Below are positions 55,748 to 64,000 of a DNA stretch of 64,000 bases, piece after piece. Location of the stretch: positions 15,077-79,076 of the forward strand of contig JBDKKJ010000009.1 in the NCBI GenBank assembly GCA_039796155.1. The letters are read 5' to 3'. The notes beneath the pieces are model-generated. The model did not search any database. It was not told where the DNA came from and worked only from the letters and a program-made list of their open reading frames with translations. Every line of letters begins with the position of its first letter. Position 1 is the stretch's first letter. The stretch is from Candidatus Parcubacteria bacterium (lineage in GTDB: Bacteria > Patescibacteriota > Minisyncoccia > Phycocordibacterales > UBA6065). Position numbers and translations under genes: made by a program.

Positions 55748-57007
55748 ATGTATCAATCAAAACGTTTTTCACTGGCACTCATTTCTCTTTTTGTCCTCGG
55801 TATTACCTTTAGCATTGGTTTCAAATCAGGGCTTTCCGGTGCATCTGCACAAGGCCAGGTACTCGGTGTTACTAATATGAAGGCCGGTATGCCAGAAAAC
55901 GTTGATTTTGCAGCCTTTTGGAAGGCTTGGAGTATCTTGAATGACAAATTCGCTGGCACATCAACAACAGACCAGCAAAAGGTGTATGGTGCTATCAGCG
56001 GTCTTACGTCATCGCTCGGTGATCCGTACACTGTATTTTTTCCACCTGAGGAGTCAAAAGTCTTTGCGAGTGAAATTGCAGGGAACTTTGAAGGAGTGGG
56101 AATGGAAATGGGTATTAAGGATGGAAAGCTCGTTGTCGTAGCACCTATTAAAGATGCTCCAGCTGAAAAGGCGGGTGTTCGTGCCGGAGACTTTATTGTT
56201 AAAGTTGATGACAGGGATTCTCTCACATTTTCGACTGATGAGGCGGTAAAACTCATTCGTGGAAAGGCGGGTACTAAAGTAAAACTCACGGTTGCTCGCG
56301 AAGGGGTCAAAACACCTATTGAAATCTCTATTACTCGTGCTCAGATTGATATCCCGACTGTAAAGACGACAACAAAGAGATCTCTTGCTTCAACTGATAC
56401 ATCGGATACAGTCGGACTCCGCAAAGACGGCATATTTGTCATTTCTCTCTATAGTTTCAGTGCTAATTCAGCAAATCTTTTTAGAAATGCACTTAAGGAG
56501 TTCATAGATTCAGGCTCACATAAATTGATTGTTGACCTTCGTGGCAATCCAGGAGGATATCTTGAGGCTGCGGTAGATATGGCAAGCTGGTTCCTGTCAT
56601 CGGATAAAGTAATTGTTAAAGAGGAATTCGGTAAAGGTAGAGAGGGTCAAATGTATAAGAGTAAGGGTTACGATATCTTTAATAAGAGTCTCAAGATGGT
56701 TGTTCTTGTAGACGGTGGCAGTGCTTCAGCATCTGAAATCCTTGCTGGTGCACTTTCTGAAAACGGTGTAGCAACACTGGTTGGTGCAAAGACATTCGGT
56801 AAGGGTTCTGTGCAAGAGTTGGTGAACCTCACATCAGATACATCGCTCAAGGTAACTATCGCAAAGTGGCTTACTCCAAACGGCCACTCAATCTCAAAGC
56901 AGGGAATTACACCTGATTATGTCGTACCAATGACGGCTGATGATGTGAAGAACCAGAAGGATCCTCAAATGGATAAAGCGGTGGAACTTCTCTCAAAGGA
57001 GAAATAG
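55748..57007 (+). CDS. Carboxyl-terminal processing protease (S41, Ctp) with PDZ domain
   Basis: TM/signal MYQSKRFSLALISLFVLG. PDZ (PAEKAGVRAGDFIVKVD). S41 core (DLRGNPGGYL; GSASASEILAGAL...TFGKGSVQ). Confidence 0.85.
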   Translation: MYQSKRFSLALISLFVLGITFSIGFKSGLSGASAQGQVLGVTNMKAGMPENVDFAAFWKAWSILNDKFAGTSTTDQQKVYGAISGLTSSLGDPYTVFFPPEESKVFASEIAGNFEGVGMEMGIKDGKLVVVAPIKDAPAEKAGVRAGDFIVKVDDRDSLTFSTDEAVKLIRGKAGTKVKLTVAREGVKTPIEISITRAQIDIPTVKTTTKRSLASTDTSDTVGLRKDGIFVISLYSFSANSANLFRNALKEFIDSGSHKLIVDLRGNPGGYLEAAVDMASWFLSSDKVIVKEEFGKGREGQMYKSKGYDIFNKSLKMVVLVDGGSASASEILAGALSENGVATLVGAKTFGKGSVQELVNLTSDTSLKVTIAKWLTPNGHSISKQGITPDYVVPMTADDVKNQKDPQMDKAVELLSKEK

Positions 57008-57072
57008 GTTGTTAAATAGGCATATTTTTGCTAAGGTAGATGAACTAACAGACAGATATAACTTAAAAACAG

Positions 57073-57516
57073 ATGAAGATAGTAATGCTTAAAGATGTTA
57101 AAGGAGTAGGAAAGAAGCACGAAATAAAGATCGTGGCTGATGGTTTCGCGCTCAACAGCCTCATTCCACGAGGAATTGCTGAAGTTGCTACTACAAAAGC
57201 TCTCGCTCGTGTAGAGATGGTTAAGAAGATAGAAGAGGCAGAAGGCAAGATTCATGCAGATCTTCTCGCAAAGAACTTGAAGTCTATTCATGATGCTGTT
57301 GTCACAGTTACAGCTGATGCAAACGAAAAAGGACACCTTTTTGCAGGTCTCCACACAACAGATATTGCACCTCTCATAAAGGAACAGACTCGAATCGATG
57401 TGTTGCCTGAATTTATTCAGCTCGAGAAGCCTATTAAAGAAGTAGGTACTCATAAAATCGATATCAAAGTTCAGGGTAAGTCAGCGACATTTACTCTCGA
57501 AGTAAAGGCAAAATAA
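57073..57516 (+). CDS. rplI: 50S ribosomal protein L9
   Basis: MKIVMLKDVKGVGKKHEIKIVADGFALNSLIPRGIA. Confidence 0.9.
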   Translation: MKIVMLKDVKGVGKKHEIKIVADGFALNSLIPRGIAEVATTKALARVEMVKKIEEAEGKIHADLLAKNLKSIHDAVVTVTADANEKGHLFAGLHTTDIAPLIKEQTRIDVLPEFIQLEKPIKEVGTHKIDIKVQGKSATFTLEVKAK

Positions 57517-57538
57517 TAAGGTTTGGTGGCATAAAAAA

Positions 57539-57562
57539 GCCGGACACTCGTGTCCGGCTTTT
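57539..57562. terminator. Intrinsic terminator after rplI (bidirectional shape)
   Basis: aaaaaa-gccggacac-tc-gtgtccggc-tttt. Confidence 0.8.
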
Positions 57563-57796
57563 ACATATACACCTCATCGAAGCATCCAAGGTCCACCCGT
57601 CAAACTCATGTGCTGCTTTACTCTATCCTGACCACGAGCTGACTGCTTTCTTGAGCTTCTGGGCAAGGTTTTATGCTTCTTCTGCGACGTATCGCTGTGA
57701 GAAACCGATTTAATTTTCATGTCTAAATTATTTCTGGCTTAAAAATACTAGCACGACTTGAGTTGTTTTTAAATTGTTTGTCTGTAATATAAAAAC

Positions 57797-57994
57797 GTGA
57801 TTGATCCAATTACTTCAGACGATGAAAATCGTTCTCCGCTTGCTCGTGATGGTTCGGCACTGCTTTCTGACGGCACTCATTTTGAGGAGGCTCTCAGACA
57901 ATCAGGTGTCCACACTCCACATAATCCACCACCCGGTGTAATTGTGCGGACAGTTCCTAAAGAGAAGAAACCATTTCGAGGCTCGTTCTTCTAA
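57797..57994 (+). CDS. Hypothetical small protein
   Basis: 65-aa GTG-initiated ORF followed by its own terminator. I recognise no family. Confidence 0.3.
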   Translation: MIDPITSDDENRSPLARDGSALLSDGTHFEEALRQSGVHTPHNPPPGVIVRTVPKEKKPFRGSFF

Positions 57995-58006
57995 GGGTTC
58001 AATGCG

Positions 58007-58032
58007 GCCAGACCAACATGTCTGGCTTTTTT
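58007..58032 (+). terminator. Intrinsic terminator
   Basis: gccagac-caacat-gtctggc-tttttt. Confidence 0.7.
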
Positions 58033-58039
58033 ATGCAAC

Positions 58040-58065
58040 AAAAAACCGCCAAGTGGCGGTTTTTT
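58040..58065 (-). terminator. Intrinsic terminator after rpmA
   Basis: aaaaaaccgcc-aagt-ggcggttttt, immediately 3' of the rpmA stop on the minus strand. Confidence 0.75.
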
Positions 58066-58068
58066 GAG

Positions 58069-58341
58069 TTAGATTACGTTTACGACGTTCTTTACCTTTG
58101 TCTTTCCGTTGAAGCCAAGCTTTCGCTTTGTTGAGTTAGTAACAACTCCTTCCTTTGTAGAGTAGATAGTGTAATCCTTACCAATATCTGTGTTCTTTCC
58201 AGGGAGAGTGTTGAGGCCTTCCTGTCGGATAATGATAGAACCGATCTTTGCTTTTTCACCGGCATAGAGCTTTACACCCAAGTATCGTGGGTTTGAGTCT
58301 CGTCCGTTTTTCGTTGTTCCGGCTGATTTTTTTGTTGCCAT
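58069..58341 (-). CDS. rpmA: 50S ribosomal protein L27
   Basis: MATKKSAGTTKNGRDSNPRYLGVKLYAGEKAKIGSIIIRQEG...PGKNTDIGKDYTIYS. Confidence 0.92.
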   Translation of the reverse strand: MATKKSAGTTKNGRDSNPRYLGVKLYAGEKAKIGSIIIRQEGLNTLPGKNTDIGKDYTIYSTKEGVVTNSTKRKLGFNGKTKVKNVVNVI

Positions 58342-58383
58342 GGATTTAGTTTTCCTTTATCTATACGCCCGTATTATGTACGT

Positions 58384-58836
58384 ATGTTTAGATTTCAAAG
58401 TATAAACCATAGCTACACAAAAATCAAGGGCATCCATAGGGTTATTGATAAAAAGGAGGTCTATTGGGCGCTCAGTATAGTGTTTTCGGGCGTCGGGGCC
58501 TATTTTATTGGGCTTATGATTGGTATGGATATGGTGCGGCCGCCGGTCACTTTGGAGCGGTTTAGGCTCGAAGCTCCTGGTCCGGCGGCCGATTCAGACG
58601 CCTCTACTACCACCCAAACTGCACCATTAGCACCAGAACCTACCACCAAAACTGCCTCAAAAACCCTTCAAAAACAGGTCAAAGCATACGTCGCATCCAA
58701 AACTGGCACCAAGTACCATTTGCCCACATGTATTGGTGCCAAGGGCATTAAAGAGGCGAACAGAGTCTGGTTTGCTACCAAAGCTGAAGCGGAAAAAGCA
58801 GGGTACAGTCCAGCAGGGAACTGCAATGGACTATAG
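58384..58836 (+). CDS. Membrane-anchored protein with a C-terminal Ada-like Cys/His motif
   Basis: One TM (VYWALSIVFSGVGAYFIGLMIG), a Pro/Thr linker, then KYHLPTCIGAKGIKEANRVWFATKAEAEKAGYSPAGNC. The start codon is uncertain. Confidence 0.45.
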   Translation: MFRFQSINHSYTKIKGIHRVIDKKEVYWALSIVFSGVGAYFIGLMIGMDMVRPPVTLERFRLEAPGPAADSDASTTTQTAPLAPEPTTKTASKTLQKQVKAYVASKTGTKYHLPTCIGAKGIKEANRVWFATKAEAEKAGYSPAGNCNGL

Positions 58837-59104
58837 TATACTTCTCTGCATGAATCCTTATTTCAAAACAATTTTATTCTTGATCGGCATTGGTTTTGTT
58901 ATCCTTGGTGTGATCGGTCTCTTCATTCCTATTATGCAGGGAATTCTCTTTCTAGTTATTGGAGTTTACATACTTTCTCTGACTTCTACTCGCTTTAAAA
59001 ACTGGTTTGATCATCACATAGCAAAGTTTCCTCGAGTGAAGCATCATTACGAGAAACATAGGGGCAGGGTAGACAGAATCTTTAAAAAGAGGGGAGAGCA
59101 GTAA
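58826..59104 (+). CDS. Small 2-TM membrane protein
   Basis: ATG 58826 (MDYSILLCMNPYFKTILFLIGIGFVILGVIGLFIPIMQGILFLVIGVYIL...). It overlaps the previous gene by 11 nt. Confidence 0.5.
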   Translation: MDYSILLCMNPYFKTILFLIGIGFVILGVIGLFIPIMQGILFLVIGVYILSLTSTRFKNWFDHHIAKFPRVKHHYEKHRGRVDRIFKKRGEQ

Positions 59105-59140
59105 ATCCCCTACTGTGGCTCTATAAAGCCACTAGAATCT

Positions 59141-59200
59141 GTTGACACAGGCTCTTTTTCCTTGTAATATCTTGACAAATGGAATCAGAGGTGCTATAAT
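59141..59200 (+). promoter_or_regulatory. Tandem sigma70-type promoters upstream of the transglycosylase gene
   Basis: P2 has TTGACA (59172-59177), a 17-nt spacer and TATAAT (59195-59200), all consensus. P1 has TTGACA (59141-59146), an 18-nt spacer and TAATAT (59165-59170). Confidence 0.6.
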
Positions 59201-59303
59201 GGCTACACATCAGAGTTAACCCTCTGGTGATCTGTTTTTAGGGGGAAAACTCTCAAAGGCGTAAGCCGATAGGGTCGGACTCTTAAACAACGAGCCTTAC
59301 ATT

Positions 59304-59774
59304 ATGATGGAAATTACAACTAGCTTGCTTATGCTCGCTTCAGCTCTCTCGCCGATGACAACAAAGGCGGTAGCGGATGCGAAGGTTGCGACGGTTACTG
59401 CAGCACAGGCGACTACTACCGTAGAGGCTTTGGCCGCAGATCACCCACTCACAACAGTTTCAGTAGAAGCGTACGTACGAGACTATTTTAAAGATATTCC
59501 TCTACTCGCTGAGATCTCAAAGTGTGAATCGACATTTAGACAGTTTGACTCGAATGGACGTGTGATTCGGGGCAGGGTGAACAGTGACGATATTGGTATC
59601 ATGCAGATCAACAAGTACTACCACGAAGAAGATGCAGTCAAACTCGGTTTGGACATCTATACTATCGACGGTAACTTGAAGTATGCCCGATGGTTGTTCA
59701 ACAAGTACGGAAGTGACCCTTGGGTTCATTCATCACCATGTTGGAACAAGTACATCCACTTAGCTGTAAATTAA
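59304..59774 (+). CDS. Lytic transglycosylase (SLT/goose-lysozyme-like) domain protein
   Basis: Signal-like N-terminus, then ISKCESTFRQFD...DIGIMQINKYYH... (catalytic E-S and MQIN motifs). Confidence 0.7.
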   Translation: MMEITTSLLMLASALSPMTTKAVADAKVATVTAAQATTTVEALAADHPLTTVSVEAYVRDYFKDIPLLAEISKCESTFRQFDSNGRVIRGRVNSDDIGIMQINKYYHEEDAVKLGLDIYTIDGNLKYARWLFNKYGSDPWVHSSPCWNKYIHLAVN

Positions 59775-59781
59775 TACTCGC

Positions 59782-59807
59782 AAAAAACCGCCCATAAGGC
59801 GGTTTTT
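59782..59807 (+). terminator. Intrinsic terminator
   Basis: aaaaaaccgcc-cataa-ggcggttttt. Confidence 0.8.
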
Positions 59808-59914
59808 GCTTTAATGATATATAAACTATAAAACCCCGACCCGAAGCGCTTCCCAGAGGGAACGAAAGGGGTCGGGGTTCATTATTACCCGCGATAGAGC
59901 GTTGTGCTGCCATT

Positions 59915-60375
59915 ATGCCTGCTGTCATCACGACATGAGCCGCTACTAATCTGGGCCAGACCTGGTGGGGTCTTGGGACCGCGCAACCTGGACCTGAAGT
60001 CCGAGGCAGCGCGGGTTGTGCTAGGTGCGATTGTGATATTTGACCATAGCTTCAGAGATGATATTAACTCTAATAATTTTTTGTGCAAGCAATTAAAATT
60101 TTAACGGAGTGCAGTACTCAGGGTTAGGCGATACGAGAGACTTAAATCTAAAGGGAAGCCTATTCAGCTATTATATAGCAGTGTCGCACAATATATCTTT
60201 CCGGCGATTAAATATATACACCAGGGCTCCCTGCTTGATACTCTAAAAATAGTTGCATTCAGGTGCGCTTCAAGATAATGTGAACCCCGGCAACCACCCT
60301 TGCTCAGTGATTGAGGTTCTTTAAAAGAAGCTCGGACTCTCTTGCATGCTATAGGCTGTGCACATTACGACAGCC
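59915..60375 (+). ncRNA. rnpB: Candidate RNase P RNA (bacterial type A-like); ends uncertain by tens of nt
   Basis: This lies in a 600-nt ORF-poor region. Motifs occur in the order found in E. coli M1 RNA. GAAGTCCGAGGC (59996-60007) matches CR-I GGAAAGUCCGGGC. GGGTTGTGCTAGGTGCG (60013-60029) matches CAGGGUGCCAGGUAACG. GAGTGCAGTAC (60107-60117) matches CAGUGCAACAG. AGGTGCGCTTCAAGATAATG (60261-60280) matches AGGCUGCUUGAG...AGAUGAAUG. AAAAGAAGCTCGGACTCT (60323-60340) matches ACAGAACCCGGCUUA. Positions 59998-60005 pair with 60331-60338 as an 8-bp P4-like helix. Confidence 0.5.
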
Positions 60376-60398
60376 AAGTCTGAAGTTTCGTTAGGAGC

Positions 60399-60430
60399 TA
60401 AAACGCCGTCCCTCTGGGACGGCGTTTATT
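60399..60430 (-). terminator. Intrinsic terminator (also a possible 3' end for the plus-strand RNA)
   Basis: acgccgtccc-tct-gggacggcgt. The T-run is on the minus-strand side, just after the stop of the 60441-60758 ORF. Confidence 0.7.
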
Positions 60431-60440
60431 CTTGTCTCTC

Positions 60441-60758
60441 CTATTGGTCTCCTATCGGCTGATACCCTCGATCACCTATATTCATTAACCTTTGTCCTGC
60501 GTTCTCGAGTTCAGTGGGCGCTCCTGCATCTATTCGTCCTAAGTTGTGTATGAAAGCGTTCCAGAGAATTCCGATGAAAATATTTTTATACAAATATGTA
60601 ATCGGACCTTTTATATAATCCCAGACGTACGAAACTCCGTCGCCAGCATAATGAAGATTGCTTTGAGTTAAAGGAGCTTCGACAATAGCTTTCAAATCGT
60701 ATCCAAAGAAGCTGAGAACGATTACTGCTATAAGTGCGAGGATTATGTATTTAATCAT
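60441..60758 (-). CDS. Hypothetical small membrane protein
   Basis: N-terminal TM MIKYIILALIAVIVLSFF plus a second hydrophobic stretch. It has its own terminator and lies downstream of the M23 peptidase gene. Confidence 0.5.
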   Translation of the reverse strand: MIKYIILALIAVIVLSFFGYDLKAIVEAPLTQSNLHYAGDGVSYVWDYIKGPITYLYKNIFIGILWNAFIHNLGRIDAGAPTELENAGQRLMNIGDRGYQPIGDQ

Positions 60759-60808
60759 GTAATTAGTATATCAGAGGCTTCACGTGTCAAAAAGGAGTTA
60801 TCAACGGT

Positions 60809-62173
60809 TTAGAACGGTAGGTATGAAATTGGGTTTAGGTAGGCTTTGGCTGCCGCAGCTACTGTCTTAATTCCCCTGCATGTTGTTGTCGGTTTAAGCT
60901 CCTCTGTGCGAACAATACGAACACCTTGAGTTGCATACACTCCAAAGTGAAGGTGTGGGCCAGTAGAAAGTCCCGTATTACCACTGTAGCCGACAGTATC
61001 GCCGGTGGTAAGAATGTCACCAGGACGAACACTTACTACAGACAAATGCGCGTAGAGTGTTGAAAGTCCGTTTGCATGCTTTATAAGTACCCAGTAACCA
61101 TACTGACACCCCTTCTTTGCCGTTGTATTTTCAACATCGGTGACAGTACCTGACAAAGCAGCCTGAATGCGAGTTCCTGTGGTAGCTCCAAAGTCTATAC
61201 CATTGTGACCGCTTCCACTGTAGTAACCAGTCGCCCTTGAGAATGCGGTGCTTCCGAATGTTTGCGTAATACAAAAAATGTTTCCAAGGGCCCGCTGTTT
61301 ACCTGCACATGTATCAATAAAGGCGCCCGCAAAAGGCCATGACAAAAGACCCGTACGAGCTGTTGGAATAGAGTTGGGATCAAGAGTGATTTTAAGCTTC
61401 GATTCGTATTCAAAAAGCTCCTTCTCGAAAACGCTTCTTTCTTTCTTTTTTGTTTCAAGCTGTGCAGCGTACATCGCCAGAGTTTGTTTTGCCTGAGTTT
61501 GGAGTTTTGTTTTCTCGTCCTGATTGTATTCAACAACCTTCTTTTGATCAGAGAGAGTTTTTTGATAGCTTTGAAGCTTATTTTTTTGCCCTTCAGCTTG
61601 GTCACGCTTTGCACCTAATATCATTCTGTTATCACGGAGGGTTTTCAGATTAATTTTCATGCGCGTCTGCAGTGTCTTAAGTGCGTTCACATAATCAAAC
61701 GCATCAGAAATACTAGTATTCTTGAGGAGTCCTTCAATCGCAGATTCGCTTTCAGCTTGGCTCATGTCCATAATATTTCGCGACACTGCCACTGATGTAG
61801 ACGCAATACCTTTTTCTGCTATAGCAATATCCTCTCTAATTTGTTCGAGTGTTAAAACGGTTTCAGAGAGATTGGTTGAGGTCAGTCTCAAATTTGCCTC
61901 AAGTTTCTTTTGAGTAAGATCGAGGGTCTTGAGTGCGTTGGTGTAGGTTTGAGCCTGTCGTGTAGTGGTATCAAGGGCACCCGACAGTGCATCAATCTCT
62001 TTTTGAATGGCTTCCCTTTGCTGTAAAACATCCTTAATTTTGCTACTGATTTCAGCAGCAGTTTGTGCATGAACATCTACGCGTAACACAGGAAGCATGT
62101 ACAAAAAACCGCTCACTAGAGTGAGACTTAGTGTTATAAAGCATATTTTTTTAAGAGTATTAGACGTTTGCAT
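60809..62173 (-). CDS. M23-family metallopeptidase with a long N-terminal coiled coil (EnvC-like architecture)
   Basis: Signal/TM, about 250 aa of heptad-rich sequence, then GHNGIDFGA...YAHLS...GNTGLSTGPHLHFGVY. Confidence 0.88.
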   Translation of the reverse strand: MQTSNTLKKICFITLSLTLVSGFLYMLPVLRVDVHAQTAAEISSKIKDVLQQREAIQKEIDALSGALDTTTRQAQTYTNALKTLDLTQKKLEANLRLTSTNLSETVLTLEQIREDIAIAEKGIASTSVAVSRNIMDMSQAESESAIEGLLKNTSISDAFDYVNALKTLQTRMKINLKTLRDNRMILGAKRDQAEGQKNKLQSYQKTLSDQKKVVEYNQDEKTKLQTQAKQTLAMYAAQLETKKKERSVFEKELFEYESKLKITLDPNSIPTARTGLLSWPFAGAFIDTCAGKQRALGNIFCITQTFGSTAFSRATGYYSGSGHNGIDFGATTGTRIQAALSGTVTDVENTTAKKGCQYGYWVLIKHANGLSTLYAHLSVVSVRPGDILTTGDTVGYSGNTGLSTGPHLHFGVYATQGVRIVRTEELKPTTTCRGIKTVAAAAKAYLNPISYLPF

Positions 62174-63665
62174 CGGCGCATTTTTTAAGCGCCTCAGTGA
62201 TCCGCTTCAACGTAGTTTCCTTGCCGAGTATGTCTGAAAGTGTAAACGGATTTGGAGATTTATCTTTTCCTGAAAGTGCGTATCGCAAAGGCCACAACAC
62301 CTGTCCCCTACCTTCCGCATCTGCGTACGGCCAAATTGCTTCCTTTATATCCCCTTCTCTCCATTTTGAGTCTGGCACAGCCGTAAGGGCGTCTTTAACA
62401 AATGTTAGGTGTTTGATAGTTCCCTTTAGGTCAACTTCATCTTTCCAGCGTAAAGAAAGAGCATCATAATTTGGTTCAGTGAAATAGTAATCAAGATCAC
62501 GATCAACAATCATTAAATCCAAGTCCGAGTACACTTCAATGCGGTCAAGGATAACGGGTGCTATTCGCGTGAGCACTTCTGGAGTGAGTTTCCAGCCAAG
62601 GTCTTTAACACGCTCGTTCTCAGAGAGGCGTTCTCGAACCGCTTCAACAAACTTCTCCTTAGGTAACAGTTTCAAATGCTCCTTGTTCATCCAGCGAAGT
62701 TTCTCTTCATTAAACACACCTCCAGCCTTGTGGATCTTTGCAATTTCAAATGCTTTTACGAGATCTGGAAAATTAAAAACCTCTCGTTCTGTTCCTGGAT
62801 TCCAGCCAACAAGTGCAAGGAAATTTACCATTGTTTCTGGAAGGAAACCTTCCTTTTTGTACTCAAGAATATCTTTTGCACCATCACGCTTTCCAAGTTT
62901 CTTTGTCTTGTCGTTTCGGAGAATTGGCGGAAGTGTAACGAGTACCGGTGGAGTAATTTCAAGTGCTTCGTACAGGGAAAGGAACTTGGGTGTGCTTGAA
63001 ATGAATTCGTCCGCACGCATAACATGCGTCACACCCATCATCAAGTCATCGATGATGTGTGCAAAATTGTATGTTGGATAGCCATCCTTCTTTATCAAAA
63101 TAAAGTCGTCGAGAGCTTCCTCGCCAGCTTCAAGGTCTCCACGCACTTCATCGTGCCACTTCATACGACGTGGGTTTGCTACTTTAAATCGAAGTGCTTT
63201 TGATCCGTCCCACTTCTCGAATGTCTCTGGGCGGTGTTTGCGATAAAGAAACGGACGCTTTTCAGCATCAGCCATCGTGCGGAATGACTCCAGCTCTTCA
63301 GAAGTATATGGATCAGGATATGCCAAACCTTTAGCAATCAATTTCTGTGCATACTCGCGATAGGTATCAAGTCGTTCCGACTGAATACACGAACCAAAAG
63401 GACCTGGTTTGTCAGGACCGTATTTCCATTCAATACCAAGCCATGAAAGTGTCTTCTTGATGTGTTCAATCGAACCTTCAACTTCCCTTTCAGTGTCTGT
63501 GTCTTCAATACGGAGTATAAAGGTACCGTTGTTCTTTAAAGCCCAAAGATAGGCATAGAGAGCGGTTCTGGCACCTCCAATATGCATAAAGCCGGTTGGG
63601 CTTGGTGCAAATCGTGTTACAACTTTTGGCTTCTTTGAGAAAAGCTCCTTAATACGTGAAATCAT
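62160..63665 (-). CDS. gltX: Glutamyl-tRNA synthetase
   Basis: RFAPSPTGFMHIGGARTALY (HIGH region) and KLGKRDG (KMSKS-type). It overlaps the M23 gene start by 14 nt. Confidence 0.93.
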   Translation of the reverse strand: MISRIKELFSKKPKVVTRFAPSPTGFMHIGGARTALYAYLWALKNNGTFILRIEDTDTEREVEGSIEHIKKTLSWLGIEWKYGPDKPGPFGSCIQSERLDTYREYAQKLIAKGLAYPDPYTSEELESFRTMADAEKRPFLYRKHRPETFEKWDGSKALRFKVANPRRMKWHDEVRGDLEAGEEALDDFILIKKDGYPTYNFAHIIDDLMMGVTHVMRADEFISSTPKFLSLYEALEITPPVLVTLPPILRNDKTKKLGKRDGAKDILEYKKEGFLPETMVNFLALVGWNPGTEREVFNFPDLVKAFEIAKIHKAGGVFNEEKLRWMNKEHLKLLPKEKFVEAVRERLSENERVKDLGWKLTPEVLTRIAPVILDRIEVYSDLDLMIVDRDLDYYFTEPNYDALSLRWKDEVDLKGTIKHLTFVKDALTAVPDSKWREGDIKEAIWPYADAEGRGQVLWPLRYALSGKDKSPNPFTLSDILGKETTLKRITEALKKCADANV

Positions 63666-63683
63666 AGTAAAAGTATACCTTTT

Positions 63684-64000
63684 TTAGCTGGTGTGAGAAA
63701 GAGCGATGCGGAGAATCTCGTGAGCGATTGTATCTGAAGCGTCTTTGTGAGCGAATGTAGCAGCACCCTTTTTCATAGAGTCTGCAACGCCCGGTTTTTC
63801 AATTATACGTTCAATCTCTGACGCAAGCACGTGTGGTGTTAGATTTATCTCCTCTATAACAGAACATGCACCCGATGCAGCGTATGCAAATGCGTTTGAT
63901 GTCTGATCATGACTGATTTCCTGTGGAATCGGAATAATAATTGAAGGAATTTGCCACAATGCGAGCTCAAAAATCTGTGAACCGGCACGAGAAATAATCA
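63684..64000 (-). CDS. murG: MurG glycosyltransferase, C-terminal part (5' end beyond the window)
   Basis: The frame is open to the window edge: IISRAGSQIFELALWQIPSIIIPIPQEISHDQTSNAFAYAASGA, the MurG C-terminal nucleotide-sugar-binding pattern. Confidence 0.8.
   Translation of the reverse strand, partial: IISRAGSQIFELALWQIPSIIIPIPQEISHDQTSNAFAYAASGACSVIEEINLTPHVLASEIERIIEKPGVADSMKKGAATFAHKDASDTIAHEILRIALSHTS

Noticed and set aside
55753-56310. A 185-aa antisense ORF inside ctp. Similar antisense ORFs occur inside gltX (62539-63081), dnaB (52591-52908), cysS (53505-53777) and yqeY (15700-15984).
   Set aside because: Each lies fully within a well-supported gene on the opposite strand and has no recognisable motifs.
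59832-59878. A long hairpin aaccccgaccc...ggggtcggggtt was considered as a separate small RNA or terminator.
   Set aside because: It has no adjoining T-run on either strand, and I cannot tell whether it belongs to the 5' part of the candidate RNase P transcript. It is left unassigned.

Overview
This is a gene-dense bacterial chromosomal window that reads cleanly under the standard code. I found no rRNA, CRISPR array, transposase or integrase. The reduced housekeeping gene set and the style of the surface proteins fit a small-genome Patescibacteria/CPR-type bacterium, but that placement is inference only.

Left third: mreB (partial)-mreC-mreD-mrdA, greA and lysS. Then a short dcw block (mraZ-rsmH-ftsL-like-ftsI-murF) and tRNA-Glu(CUC). 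The tRNA is followed by a visibly AT-rich accessory islet holding an EEP-family nuclease/phosphatase, an APH-like kinase, and a truncated NUDIX gene abutting a truncated ATP-cone-NrdB gene. After that come ArsR plus an HMA/MauE-like membrane protein, YqeY, RmuC and L21.

Centre: a small HTH gene and signal peptidase I, then one uninterrupted 20,769-nt ORF (19278-40046, 6,922 aa). It encodes an N-terminal HTH, a single membrane anchor, and about 6,550 aa of repetitive fibre built from phage tail-fibre-like parts. It ends in a Peptidase_S74-type intramolecular chaperone domain and a (PEPT)n tail. Downstream are two paralogous secreted 3xLamG genes. Together they are broken by three frameshifts, all at homopolymer runs and all needing +1 nt or a -1 slip. 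Each LamG gene sits behind a duplicated upstream cassette. I consider this surface locus the most interesting part of the window.

Right third: gap, a prepilin-type pilin, rpiB, an rpe-like gene, a split transketolase with a wedged membrane ORF, and an orphan histidine kinase. Then recR, dnaB, cysS, a CorA-like protein without GMN, Ctp protease, L9, L27 and small membrane proteins. The window ends with an SLT-like transglycosylase behind consensus promoters, a candidate RNase P RNA, an M23 peptidase, gltX and murG (partial).
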